DNA from: Camelus ferus
Taxonomy: Eukaryota
Direction of reading: 5' to 3'
NCBI RefSeq assembly: GCF_009834535.1
Contig: NC_045696.1
Coordinates: forward strand, 83,268,001-83,332,000
Length of the DNA: 64,000 bases
A program made the position numbers and the translations under genes. Of the stretch, positions 39,045 through 51,860 are shown one piece after another (position 1 is the first letter of the stretch; every line of letters starts with the position of its first letter). Under the pieces are notes generated by a model. The model did not search any database. It saw only the letters and a program-made list of their open reading frames with translations, and was not told the DNA's origin.

Positions 39045-39825
39045 GATAATATGATTGCTAACATTTCTCAAACGTTTACTAGGTACTAGGCACTGTGATT
39101 TAAATAGGGTAAATCTAATGAATTCTCACAGCAATCTTTCAAATTACTATTGTACAGGGGCAATATTTGCCACGGTAAAATGTGTCTCTTTGGCGTGAGG
39201 ATTATTTCAGGTTGGTTGCTTTTAAGAAACAAAAGGCTCAGGAAGAGCTTTTACCTCCTCCACCTTAATAGCCTGAAAGGATTTAGATCGGGGGCCTATC
39301 CCAGGAAGCGAGCCATCACCAGAGCTAATGTCAGAGAGTGTGAGCACGGTGTGGTAGACTGGGGGAGCTCAGCAAGGCTTCTTTGATCAAAGTCCTCTCT
39401 GTGTCCCATTGTCCCTGCCAGGCATAGCAAGCATTTGTTCATCAAACATTTGTTTTTCCCATCTTCCGGTAAATTTTTTCCCTTTGAAGTCCCAAACGCT
39501 TACCCCTTCTCCTTTCAGATGGCATATAAGCCTCAGCTGCCAAACTTGTCCCTGGGTTTCATTTTTCTTATGGGGCCCCCAAACATACGTAATTAAAATA
39601 CTGATTTTCTTCTGTTAATCTGTCTCATGTCAACTGAATTCTTAGACCAGCCAAAGAACGTAGAAGGACAGAGGAAAATATTCTCCTTCTCCAACTCTAT
39701 TATCCCTTCCATTTTATAGATGTGGGAAATGATGCATTAAAAGTTAAGTAACTATCCTGCAGTTATACAACTGGCTATGTGGGAACCAGGTGGTTCAGGT
39801 TCTAGCTGTCAATCACCACAGTCTT
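39045..39825 (-). mobile_element. MIR split by an ERV1 LTR
   Basis: Left half aacatttctcaaacgtttactaggtactaggcactgtg...attctcacagcaatc; right half ccattttatagatgtgggaaatgatg...gttaagtaact. Confidence 0.65.
39151..39696 (+). mobile_element. ERV1 solo LTR, MER34-like
   Basis: tgta...tctctttggcgtgaggattatttc...ctgttaatctgtc...agaaggacagaggaaaat; exact 4-bp TSD ctat at 39147-39150 and 39697-39700. Confidence 0.8.
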
Positions 39826-42364
39826 CCACCTCTCCAAATTAAGAGGTTACAAAAGGAGACACAAACGTGTACTCGAAGACTGGAAAACCAAAACCATTTC
39901 GTATTGCTGCCTACTGAGTTCAATAGCTCAGCAGACTGGTTACATGTCTATGTGAGAAAATATTTAGTAAAATGTGTTAATCTGAAGGGGCTAGAGACCA
40001 TCTACTCATACTATTTTCAGATACTCTTGTATTTCTAGATATAAAACATGATCCCTAGCTTACTCTTTGTATTGTATTAATTGAAAATAATATAAAGTAT
40101 AGACACACCTCTTATTTAAAGCTCAGTAATTTTCTAAAAAAATTATTTAGTTAGTTCATTTAATTTTCTAATGAAGAGCCTATATTTATTGCTAATTAAG
40201 ACATGAATGCTTGATTTGGGAAGAAATGGTCCAGTCTCTTTTTAAGAATGGAAAGAAATTTGGTTGAAAGCAACATATTTCCAGCATCTTCTACATTTAA
40301 AATCAGTTACAATGATCTCACCTCCAGCTATTTGATAATAATGGATGAGTTCTCCCAAAAGATGTCTCAAAACTCTGATGTGTAGAATTTTATCCAAGCT
40401 TAAACGACTCAGTAAAAAAGCACTCTTTAGAAAGAATTCTCTCATTCATCTCACTGAATATTATAGATAATCTACTGCATTTAGCTAAAACGAGTAAAGT
40501 TTAATTGCTTGATCTTTCCTGTAAGGTCTACCTCGAAGCTTCTATTTGTGGGTTGTATTCAGTCTCTTAGTGTAGATGTTTATTTTCTTGGACATAATCT
40601 AAAAATAAATAGATATAAAACCTAAGGCTTCTCTGTGTCATGTTCTGTGTTTCCTCTCCTTGTTAACTGGGGAGCCTGTCCTTCCTTCCTGCCTTGCTCT
40701 TGTTTCAAACGTGCTACCAAAGGCTGGTTCCCTCTCCTTGGTGACCTGCTCTAATTGGAACTCATTTTGTGTCCCGGCCTCTCTGACCACCCCACAGGCT
40801 TCTACCATTCCCTTCCTCTCGTCCTTGCTGATCTGCCCTTGTTCAATTTAGCAGATAATTGCTTTTTTGCATTTCAGATCTTAAAAAAAGCCCGATGCTC
40901 TACAGGCGACCTCCTAGGAGTTTTCCGATCTTCCTTTTCATCAACATGGTTATCCCTGTGCTTTGCCTTTAATACTCTCATATGTTTTACTTTTCAAGAA
41001 ATTCCCACAACTATTTCTCACCAGTTTTCCTCTGAGAGCCTGTGTCCACAGGGTAGTCCCCTCAAATATGCCAAGCTCGATCGTGTGTCTGTTTCATCCC
41101 TCTCTGATTATGCTCTCTCGTTTCTTCCCCTTCCTTAGTGTTCTGCCATTTCCCCACCACAAGCGACTGAAAAGGTAACTCAGAACTGTAATTACGCTCC
41201 TTGCCATGTATTGAATTACTGGTGTGCGTGTAGCCTCTGAAAGCCCCTGGTGTAACTTCAAACAAATATTATTCCCATTGTGATGAATCTAAGAAAATAT
41301 AACTAGAGCTACCTAATCCAGAACATTCTCTCCCAATGGCTGGATTTTCTCAAATCTGGTTATTTTCTCTCGTAAACGTCCTTTTATAAGAGTCTCTTTT
41401 CTTTATTCCAGCTCAGCTAATCATTTTATTTTTATTTACATATTTATAAGCTGCTTTAGGCCCACACAGCACTTTCAGAGCAGTAAGGAGAACCAAAATC
41501 AAAACATAGTCTTTGCCCTAAGAGCTTACAATCTATTTTTGAATTTCCAGTATTTTTCAGAACTGCCCTAAATGAGTCTTTTAGGAGAAAGCTGGAATAT
41601 ACAATAGTAATTGCAATATCTGCAGAACCCAGACGACTCAGAAATAAATTTATTTTCTTCCAGACACAGCTATCAGGGTTGTGAATATGTAAACAGGTTC
41701 CGGCCTTTGACACCTGAATGAATGGATTATATCCTGCAGAAACCTGCTTGGCTTGAGAGATTTAATTGAGACAGGAATGCAAGAGTTTTCTCGGGACAAA
41801 CAGGATTACAGCATTTCAAAAATTTATGAACATGTCACAGTCACCAAACTTAACAATCGTTGGTTGGATTATCTGGCTGTACTTCCAGGTGACCCCTTGA
41901 ATACAGGATTGAGCAAAAATCCTAATAGTCATGGAACTCTTTGGTAGAGGGGAATGGCAGTGTGCAAACCAGGAATCTTGGGATAAACAAGCAAGTGGAA
42001 AACTAGGATTACATACCTAGTGTTTATTCCGAGAAAATTCACTGAAGCCATTCAGAACTAAAAATACCTTCAAAGATGACTGTCTAGAAACATACGCATT
42101 AAAATTAAGAGAAATAAGAACTGGCCACTCCCTGAGGGCAGGGAATATCTTCTATTTCTTGGGGACTGTGTTTCAGTCACTGTTCAGCAACTCAGCATCT
42201 CGCCCTCCACGTGGTTCTCGCGTCATCTGTGACTTACTGCCTGCACCACCTGCCTGCCCTAGATGCTTCCAGGTTCCCTGTTACTCCCCAGCAGAAAACT
42301 CATGCTCCCCTCAGGTACTGCAATTACATCTCTGTCTTTACCACAAGGCTATTAATTCTTTGAT

Positions 42365-42460
42365 GGTGTCTTTGATCCCTGGGTCCCCAGGGCTTTACAC
42401 AGAGCCTGACGCAAAATAGGTTTTTCAATAAATGCTAGTTGACTGAATAAATGAATTAAG
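42365..42460 (+). mobile_element. L2 3' end
   Basis: acacagagcctgacgcaaaataggtttttcaataaatgctagttgactgaataaatgaat. Confidence 0.65.
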
Positions 42461-42816
42461 GGATGGATAGATAGATGGAATTAATTGAACTGAACTAATC
42501 ATAAATGGTAATTTTATGTTCTAAGCTTAATCACTGTTCACTCTAACTCTCTCAGGAAATCTATTCATGTTCCTCATTTCTTTTCTCCCTAAACACACAG
42601 GCATCAATTGAATGATTTTAAAGGGTGCTGCACTGATTAGAAATCCTACTTTTGCTCCCAAAATAGAAATTTTAAAAGTCCTTCTGTGTCTGCATCACCA
42701 AATACTTTATTGCACAGTGTGAGCCACTGCCATGCCACTCAAGATTAAAAATAAATAAATGGGCAACTTTGCTATTTGGTTCTATCATAATTATCCAGAT
42801 AACCTTAATAAATATA

Positions 42817-42820
<4 letters not shown>

Positions 42821-42885
<65 letters not shown>
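42821..42885. repeat. (TG)32 microsatellite
   Basis: Uninterrupted TG run seen directly. Confidence 0.97.
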
Positions 42886-42887
<2 letters not shown>

Positions 42888-45358
42888 ATGTCTTCTGTCA
42901 AAAGAGAATCATCCTTCAAAACACTCGAATAACTTATGGCATTTCAGAGATTAAAAGCAGACTTATTTCACTCCGTTTTGCATTTAGAGAATCTTATTTC
43001 TGTTTGTATTAACAGTAAGTTTATCAACAGCATTTTTTATGTCCCCAGACATTTGTGTCAGATGCATGAGCTACATGAGGACGAGAACAAAGGAAGGGTT
43101 AGTCTCTAACCTCATGGATCTCACAAATCTAGGGATCCTGGATGGCTAGCTGATGTTCTTGAGGTTTCCAGGGCAAGGGCACAAGCATATCCATCGCTTT
43201 AGCCCTCGGGCCTCCCTGCTCACTGGTGTTTGGTGCGCCGCTTCACCAGCCCCACACCGTCTGCGCAAGCCACCACCTGCCATCTACTGCCGTCTGCCAC
43301 ACACCAAGCCCTTCCACAAAAGGGAGAATTAAGCTCTCATTCAACAAATAATTATTGAGTAACTGTTAAGGTAAAATGCAGAGTGCTAGAGGCATAAGGC
43401 AGTTTTTCACCAGTCTTTTAATGCCTTCCTGTCAAGCTACAGGATAGGAAGGGGGGTTGGCAAGGGGGATCAGGAAATAGATGCTTGTCAAAAAGAACAC
43501 AATTCAAGTCAGAAACCAGAATCAACTATTAAAAACAATTAAATCAGAATGTTTTATGTTACAAGGAAAATCATTCATGCTTTACCTTCCTTTAAAAGAA
43601 AAATCACAATGAATACATAAATTTATGGTAAGACAGAGATAGATGGTGAAAGAAAGACATGTTTTCCATTTTTTTTCCCCTTGAGGCATACATATGAATT
43701 TAATTGCACAAAGGCAGTGGTGTCAAGAACGTAGCAAGTGAGTTTTGTTTGCAAAATTTCAATTTGCAAATGGAGTCAATTATAGTAACACAGAGAGATT
43801 TATCGGCTAATCTTCTAGATAACTGAAATCATACTTTAATTTCATATATATATATATATAATATATATCCATTTTTCTCACCTAGAATAACTCTCTTCTC
43901 CTTGAAAATAGGGCACACTGTCCTTTTTGGTTATTGAAAAAGTAAAATGTACAGGTGTAGTCTCGGTGTTTTCCGAAAGGTAATTCACAAAAAGTCTTGA
44001 AGAAATAAAGCAGTAACCCTTAGTAAAGTGTCATATTTTAACACAAGATTCAGTTGCCATAATGGGGAAATTTATCTTGCTTTAAACCATTGATTATCAT
44101 AGATTCATTCTCATCAAATGACTTAAAACATGATCCGGGACTCACCTCTGGCCCTCCTATGGGAAATTCAGCTGAAATGAAGTCAGTTACTGACTTTCTC
44201 TTATTCAATTTCTAAAACTCAAGAGAAGGTTAGATTTGGGGTGGGGGGGGCAGTTCTGCTTTAGCTTTAAACACAGTGTATGCGAAGTGTGAGGGATAAA
44301 AAGGAGCTTCATTTGAAACTTCCAAACTAGGAGACGAGGGGCCTCACAAACTCAGGGGAGGTACAGCAGATGTCACTGTTAGGTTCCTGGGTTGAATTCC
44401 GCCTAAATCAGCAGTGGTCAGAACAGCTACCAAGCAGTGAATCCATGAAAACATCTAGGGAAATTAATCCTCTCTCAAGCTGCTACACTGTTGGCACAAT
44501 GGGCAACCTAAGTGAAGGACAGACAACACGGGCAAAGAATGAATTCATCGTTCAGAGATTATCTTCCTTCTACAACATTTAGCGGCTGGCAGAATAGTGG
44601 TAGTACCAGGATACCGCCCATCCATAATGCTCAGTCAAATCTAATACTTCTATTTTCAGGCCTGAATTCAACCACTTAAGTACACTCATTTATCTAATGC
44701 TCCTGTTGTAAAATACTGGGAGGGAGGTCTTCTATGGGTCAGTTAAATACGAGACTTAAGCCATGCACCTATCCTAAAGTATGGAGAAGTAATCAGGACA
44801 ATAAAAATAAATAACATTGAAAAAGGAATCTCCGTGGAAGTCTGGGGTGAGAAAAGTTATTTCCAGCTCTGGTGTGTAAATAAACTCAATAAAGAGAGAA
44901 AACCTGAGTTGGGTTTAGCAGAGACTTATAGAAAAGCACCGTTTGTGGATGGAGGAAATGGAAGATTAAAGGGGCGGTTATAGGCAAAGTTATATATGGC
45001 TTTTGTGGGGCTACGGGCAACACAAAAACGATACATGTTTACACTTCCTCAGTCTCCTACCACTTGTTAAAATCCTACCTCAGCTTCTTCCCCTCTCCCC
45101 AGTCTCTAAGTAGGATTCCCCAACTGGAGGGTATTAAGTGTACTTAATAGAAAAAAAGAGAGAGAGAGAAAATGAAGAGTAAAATCCAGGAACACTAGGA
45201 GTAGAGAAGCACTTTGTTCAGAAGCTTTGAAAAGGGGGCAGAGCCCTGGGAAGGCAGCGAGTAACAGGCAGTTGTTCCCACAACAGTCACATGGGGTTTC
45301 CCTCTGTTTTAGGGAGCCCGATGCTGATGCTCCCAGAAGTGAGCGACCTTGTTCAAGC

Positions 45359-45844
45359 TGAAGGGCATCAGGATACACCACCCAAACACCCACTTTCGAA
45401 GAAGGGTTATTTTGAGCTGAAGGCAACTGAGAAACAGCAGGCTCAAAAAAACCTCTCTGCTCTGCTCTGGTTTCCCTCTGTTCGCCTACACCAGACTTCT
45501 GTCAGCCCAGAGGGGGCACCAAGAGCTATCTACCTAACACACCTTACAGACAAGTCCTATCTGCCATTCCTTTCCCCCAAATTTACCTTCCCAGTTTGCC
45601 ATCCCTAGAAGCGTAAACCTCTTTTCCTTTATCGTCACTTCTCTACAAATGCATTGTTCTTTGTTAAAATGGTATATAAGCCCCTAGATTCCAGCCACTT
45701 CTTTTGGATCTTCACTATTTTTCTATGAAGTAGAAATGTAATAAACCATCTATCCTGTTAATCTGTTATTTATCAGTTTAATTTGCAGTGCCTCAGATAT
45801 TGAACATAAGAGAGTAGAAGAGAAAGCATTTTCTCTTCTGTACA
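45359..45844 (+). mobile_element. ERV1 solo LTR, MER34/MER39-like
   Basis: TG...CA ends; ttattttgagctgaaggcaactgagaaacagcag; TATA-like ggtatataag; aataaa; near-TSD aagc/atgc. Confidence 0.78.
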
Positions 45845-47784
45845 ATGCATGTAGCTGGTAAGCACCCAGATTCCAGCAAAGGTTGAACTGATCCCAAATC
45901 CATGATCTTCTCTACACCAAATGCCTTCCCTCTGCAAAGGCAGGAGAGTATGTGGTGTGTGCTGTGGCTGAAGTGTGGGGTAAAGAGGAGATCAGGCATA
46001 TGACTAAGAGGGTGTCAATAGCCGAGGGTCAGAATATCTTAATAGGAATAAAAGAAGGAAATGTTTCCAGGTATACATGAAGTAACTAATCTTCCCCCAG
46101 GATCTTTAGAAGAGAAGAGATTTAGATCCTAAAAGTTAGCAGCAGGAAATGATGTGCATAGTGGTGATTTAAGTCACATAACAGAGAAACTGAAGGAAGA
46201 TTCTGAGGATTATAATGGTTTATAAGCCTTCTGGATTCATGCTGCAAAGTTGTGAATAAATATCCCCCGGTTTGCCTTCCCAGGCTCCACTGCTGCTGGT
46301 TCTCAGATGCAGATTCTGCCTTCACATGTCCTGGCACCACTCTGCTGCCTGCAGAGGTCCCAAAACGATCACTCTGGTATCTGCTTTTCCAGTTATAAAA
46401 CAGGAGAACAGCCCCCACCCAGCGTCGAAGCAGCAAGTACGACAGACACACTAGTGCCTAAATGAAGCCTTCTGTTTTCTCTTGTGTGATCAGAAGAATC
46501 AGGGAAGGAGGTAAAGGTGGAAGAAAGCACTGAAAAAGAGAAAACTCAGGAGACCCATTACTTCACCTGTCTGAAGCACTTTGTAAAGGCATAAATACAC
46601 CTAGAATATTTTTTTCTAATATATACAGAATATCTTAAAACCTATCCCTTAGCAATCAGGAAAGCAGCCTTTGCAGTAAACCTGTCTCACTTCCACCTCA
46701 ACAATTACCATGTAAGAATGAGAAAGAGAGAAGAAAACATTCAGGCATGTTTTGATTGTGTGTGTTTCTTCCGTCTTTACCTGTCATCTCCGAGCTCACC
46801 TCTTGTTATTTAATAACTCAGCTTTGCTTATGGCAAAGGCTCGATGTACCTTTTGTTTAAGCTGAGAATTCAGTGCTTAAAAAGAGACCCAAGCAAAACA
46901 TTTTACAGACTATTCCTGAGAGAGCGCAGAATTAAATTGTTAAATGTTCTACTATAATGAAATTTTGTATAGTCAGTGGGAAAGTAGCTGTTGGCCATTT
47001 ATCAGTTTTTCTAGTTGCATTTTTTATGCGTGGAAAGCATAATTAGAAGCCCCTACAGGTGGAAAGTCTTATATAATAGTAGCACATTTTATCAGAATGG
47101 TGCTTTTTAATTTGCAAGTTTTAGAGCATTTTACAGTGATGATCTATAGCAATAATAGCTAGCACATCTTTAAATATTTTAATACAGAACTGTGTGTGGA
47201 AGAGAGAAAGCACTTACAAAATGCACTAGACGTAGGTAGGGAACATTGTACCCATGATCTCAAGTACTAGCAAATATGTGCAAATAGGTCAACAATTAGA
47301 TCTCATAGATTAGCAGGTATCCAAGGATGGGCAAATGTACACTGGATAAAGTGACTGGAATAAGCAATTTACATTTGCAGAGTGCTCTTTAGTTTTTTAA
47401 AGACATTGACACCCTTTACTTCTCATGACAGCTCTCTCTCTATTTTAGAGATACAGCTACTCAGATGGGGAAGAGCTTTGCCTGAGGTCCTCTATCTGGC
47501 GGCTGTCACCCAAGATGAGGCTCACACCCTTCTGAGTCCAAGTACTGTCCTCTTCGCGCCATGGCTACATGGTGGCTTCCCCAGGAACTGTGGGGTGATG
47601 GACCCAGTCACATCAGTTTATTCTCCTGTAAAATGGGGCAGTAGTTCCAGATAACTAATTTACCTTCTTTCATAGCTGTAAAAACTCTAAATTCTACTCT
47701 AATAAGGAGAAAAAGAGCCTAAGTTGCAACCTTAGCAAAGTGTGTGCTTTGTGAGAGAAAAGAATTATGACTTTTATAAAGAAT

Positions 47785-48110
47785 CATATCACTTATACGT
47801 GGAATCTAAAATAAATGACACAAATGAACTTATTTACAAAACAGAAACAGACTCACAGCCATAGAAAACAAAGTTACGGTTACCAAAAGGGAAAGGATGG
47901 GGGGAGGAATAAATCAGAAGTTTGGGATTAGCAGATACAAACTACTACATATAAAACAAACAACAAGATCCTACTGTACAGTACAGGAAATTATAGTCAA
48001 TAGTTTGTAATAATCTATAACAAAAAAGAATATACATGTATAAATGAATCACTATGCTATACACCAGAAATTAATACAATGTTGTAAATCAACTATACTT
48101 CAATTTTAAA
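47785..48110 (+). mobile_element. 5'-truncated artiodactyl-type L1 3' UTR
   Basis: atcacttatacgtggaatctaaaa...aaacagactcacag...tgtaaatcaactatacttcaat; degenerate TSD around aaagaattatgacttt/aaagtcttatcacttt. Confidence 0.88.
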
Positions 48111-48289
48111 AAGTCTTATCACTTTATAGAATGCTGAGACATTCTATTGTCTGAATGTCTGAAGACAGATTACTGAGGTTCTTCTCCCCTTCCTCCTTCC
48201 CTTAGCTTTTTATTCGTAAAACAGAAACAAACTTGCCTCTGTCTGGCAGTGTTGTGGGGGGGGAGGGTCTTACACACACACTGATGTGG

Positions 48290-49000
48290 TAGTATTTAAA
48301 CCCAGTCATGAGTTACTTATTGCATATGAAAATAATTTAGGGAGATAGAACAGCTTTTGAAAATGAAATAGAACACAACAGAAAATATGAGTGTATCCTA
48401 TGAAGAAAAATTAAACAAATTTGGAAGAAATGAGCAAAACATTTGGGCAGTCTCTTTTTCAACACCATACAGGATTATTATTTAAGGGGTCCCACCAAGA
48501 ATTACTTAGAGGAAGAAACTTTGCTTGACTCTACTACTGATGCAGGGTCCCAGGGTTAGTGAAAGTACACATTCATGTGTAGATTTTTATATAGTAGCTA
48601 CTAAAATAATTTATGTTTAGTAGAAAAGATAACCCTAAAGTTATGACTGATTGTATATTAGCACATTCGCTAGTTTGGTGTCTAACTTAGCCATCTTAAC
48701 AACTTTTATTAAATTGCCTATAAATACCCAGTTCCTCAGATAATCTTTTAATCAGTCTTAACATCTTATTGATTCCCTCATTAATTAATAAACTGAAAGA
48801 AATCTTTGACAGTGTTCATTTTCTTTTTGTGTGAAAATCATATTTTTAACTTTAAAAATGTTATACTTTGACAATCTTATAAAGTATTGTTTTATAAAAC
48901 TTTGGTTTCAATTGTAGTATTATATGAATATAAGAAGTCACATTGTAAATTGTGTTTCTTATTGTGGATCTTGTTCAAAAGAGTTTGAAATCCTCTAAAA
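48290..49000. mobile_element. hAT-Charlie-like remnant, apparently split by an LTR37-like insertion (about 48405-48880)
   Basis: The halves aatagaacacaacagaaaatatgagtg and aagtattgttttataaaactttggtttca...aagagtttgaaa appear collinear; the middle contains ttccctcattaattaataaactga. Recall-based. Confidence 0.4.
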
Positions 49001-50209
49001 TAGAAATTTTATGTCATGACTTCTTGAAATTATCTATTTCTCCAATTCAAACAATCCTGCATTACTGCTTCTCCTTATTTTTAAGTTCAAGCTTCAAATA
49101 ACCAATTTTTTTTCATGTTTCTGTAAGAATTACCTGCAAGAAGTCCAAATCCTGGGAGTAATTTTTAAAGTAACTGAAGTGTCAGACGAGATAGCAAATC
49201 TCTTCCCAGGGTGGACAGTCCCCTGGGGTGTGAATTGGTGGTTAGGCCAGTTCACTACTTCTGTCTGCAGTAGCAGACTGTCAGTTCCTGAAAGGAAGCT
49301 CTGCTTCATGGCCAGCTGATTTGCAGGGAGAGATTTGGAACATGTCAGAAAAAGGGTAGAAGCACAGAGATTAGAAACTCAAAGTAAATACAGTGGTGGC
49401 ATGAGTCATTTATTGACTTAGCACAAAATATCATGTGGCATTTTACAATAACAGCAAGATAAACACATGGGAATTCAATTCATAAATAACTAGAATCTCA
49501 GTAATAAAGACAGGAAATCAAGGCACAATCGGGCTATATTAAAGCCACAGCAAGAGGCTTGGCTCAGGGTTTTCTCATTCAGACTTGGGTTCCATCTGCC
49601 TGTTGGCATCATTTTAACATTGGCTTCTACAGAAAGCCTTCCCTGTGGCTTCTCCACTGGGAACACAGTTTCTCTTCTTTGATTCTCAACCAAAACAGGG
49701 GGGATGCAAAAGGCTGGTAAAATTTTGATTGAAAACTGTGTGGCTTTTTCAGTTATAATCCTTTTTGAGAATCTGCAATGATAGAAATTACATTGTTCTC
49801 CTAAGGGGAGAAAAAATATAATGTAGTGAATTGCAACTGGTAATATGGTGGATGCTTTAAATTTGTCTTGGTCTTTTATAACATAGCATTTTTGTATACA
49901 GTTATCTAACATTCCAGTTGAAATTGTTGTTGCTGTTGTTCAAGAAGAAGTCCTCATTCACAATTTTTTATGCAGTAGAACAGAATGCCTGTATCTGCAA
50001 CAAGGCAGCTTCTAAACCTGAATTTTTGGCAGTGGGTAGACTGGACAGATATTTTTGTGAAATTCTTCAGCAACATGATTCATTCATGATATCAGAAAGC
50101 AATACACAGCCATTAATTACTGAGAAAGCAAGCTTGATTATATTATGCAAAATACCTCTTTGATAATAGGAACTATATATTACCTTCAGTGTATTATAGC
50201 AGAGATGAT

Positions 50210-50400
50210 ATTCAGCTACATCTGTGCTCTGGCCTTTGGCCACTAACCAGCCATATGACCTTTCCTTGATCAAGTCTACCATTTCACTACAAGCTCCTCA
50301 ATTCACAAATGAAATAAATAATACAATTTCCATAATGAGACAAACAATAATGAAAAGTAAGTGAAATAATATAACTAAATGTGCTTTATAGGTTACAATA
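50210..50400 (+). mobile_element. MIR fragment
   Basis: gctctggcctttggccactaaccagccatatgacct...ctcctcaattcacaaatg. Confidence 0.5.
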
Positions 50401-51699
50401 TGCTGAAAAATATGAAACATTTTAACGTGTATCTCAAGAAATATTTTATGTGCATACTCAATGTTTCAGTTCATGTGTTTATGATTTATAACGTTCAACT
50501 TCAAGTTTATAAAAGATGTTCCTCAAAAGTTATCAGCACAATATAAAATTTAAGCAAAATTTCTGATTTTTCAGGATTCATTAAAAATTGAACTGCTATC
50601 TAGGAATTAAAGGTCTCAAGGGCAGAGTTAATAAAATGTATATCTAACCAAGTCAAAAAAAAAAAAAAAAAAACCCTATACATGATTCCACAAAGTCAAA
50701 CATTCTTAAGGGGAGAAAACAAATAAACCCAGTGGGAAAATGGAGTCTCTCCTGAAAACTGGGAATTTTTGCAGTTTTCACAGGTGAGAAAACACGAGGT
50801 TATATGCGATGGCTGAAGAACATTTGAGTACACAGAATTTAATATAATATCTTTCATGATATTAAAAAAAAACCTGAGAAATTACACATTATATCCAATT
50901 TATTACCTAATGGCTTGAAGAAGAGACATGGACAGTTAGCACTCTGACAAGCCTCTCCTTAACTATGGAAATAACCAATGTAATGGGATTAATGCTCTCG
51001 GGTGGCAAGCAACGGTCTGGAACTTTATAACCTACAGAAACAACCAATTTTCTACTTCTCTGAAGACAGAGCTTCCATTAGGTCAACAAAGCATGACTTC
51101 TACAGATGCCCCACAACCACACTCTGACCAGATGGCATCTTTCACGAAAGGATTTATGTAGAGCAGAAAGCTTTAATTTATTAGCAAGGATATTCCACAG
51201 TACCTAGAAAATACAGGACTTGGCAAAGTAGCTCAATGCCTGCTCCCTAGATTTGACATAGATGTACCAGAAGTTCTAGACTAGTGAACAACCACACTCT
51301 CTCAAGCTTTAGAACAAGCAACACTGACACCATTATTGCATTTCAAAAGACAAGAAAACATATACATCAATATCTCTTGAGATGATTGTGTGATCTACAG
51401 TAGGCTGAAACGCTAAGAAGAAAAAGGGATTTATAATAAAATCTTTAATAAATTAATGTTGTAAGTATTCCTTGGAAAATGTTTGTGGTGCTTAAAAGAA
51501 CAATTTTGACTTGGCTATGGTTCTTTGAAAAAAATCAAGCGGATTTTGTTTCTTAATGCAGGACAGACAGACAGACAAATATAAATATATATATATAAAT
51601 ATACATATTTATTCTTGCTTTTTGTACAGATAAGTGCCAAAACCACATTTCTTTCAATGTATCTCATAATATTTAATAACATTTACATGACTGCAGATA

Positions 51700-51860
51700 A
51701 ACCTCACAACAAACAACCCTATGAAGTGAGTACTATGGCCAATTTTATGTACTTCAAAAAGTAAAAATTTCAGAAAGTGTGATGGGCTTCCCTGTGAGTA
51801 CTTAGCTGATAAGTAGTGGAACCAACATTCAGTTCAAATTTCATTCAAAAGCAAACGAAC
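51700..51860 (-). mobile_element. MIR fragment
   Basis: aacaaccctatgaagtgagtactat...agctgataagtagtggaacca. Confidence 0.55.

Noticed and set aside
42769..43012. ORFs with (CV)n repeats
   Set aside because: Translation of the TG microsatellite.
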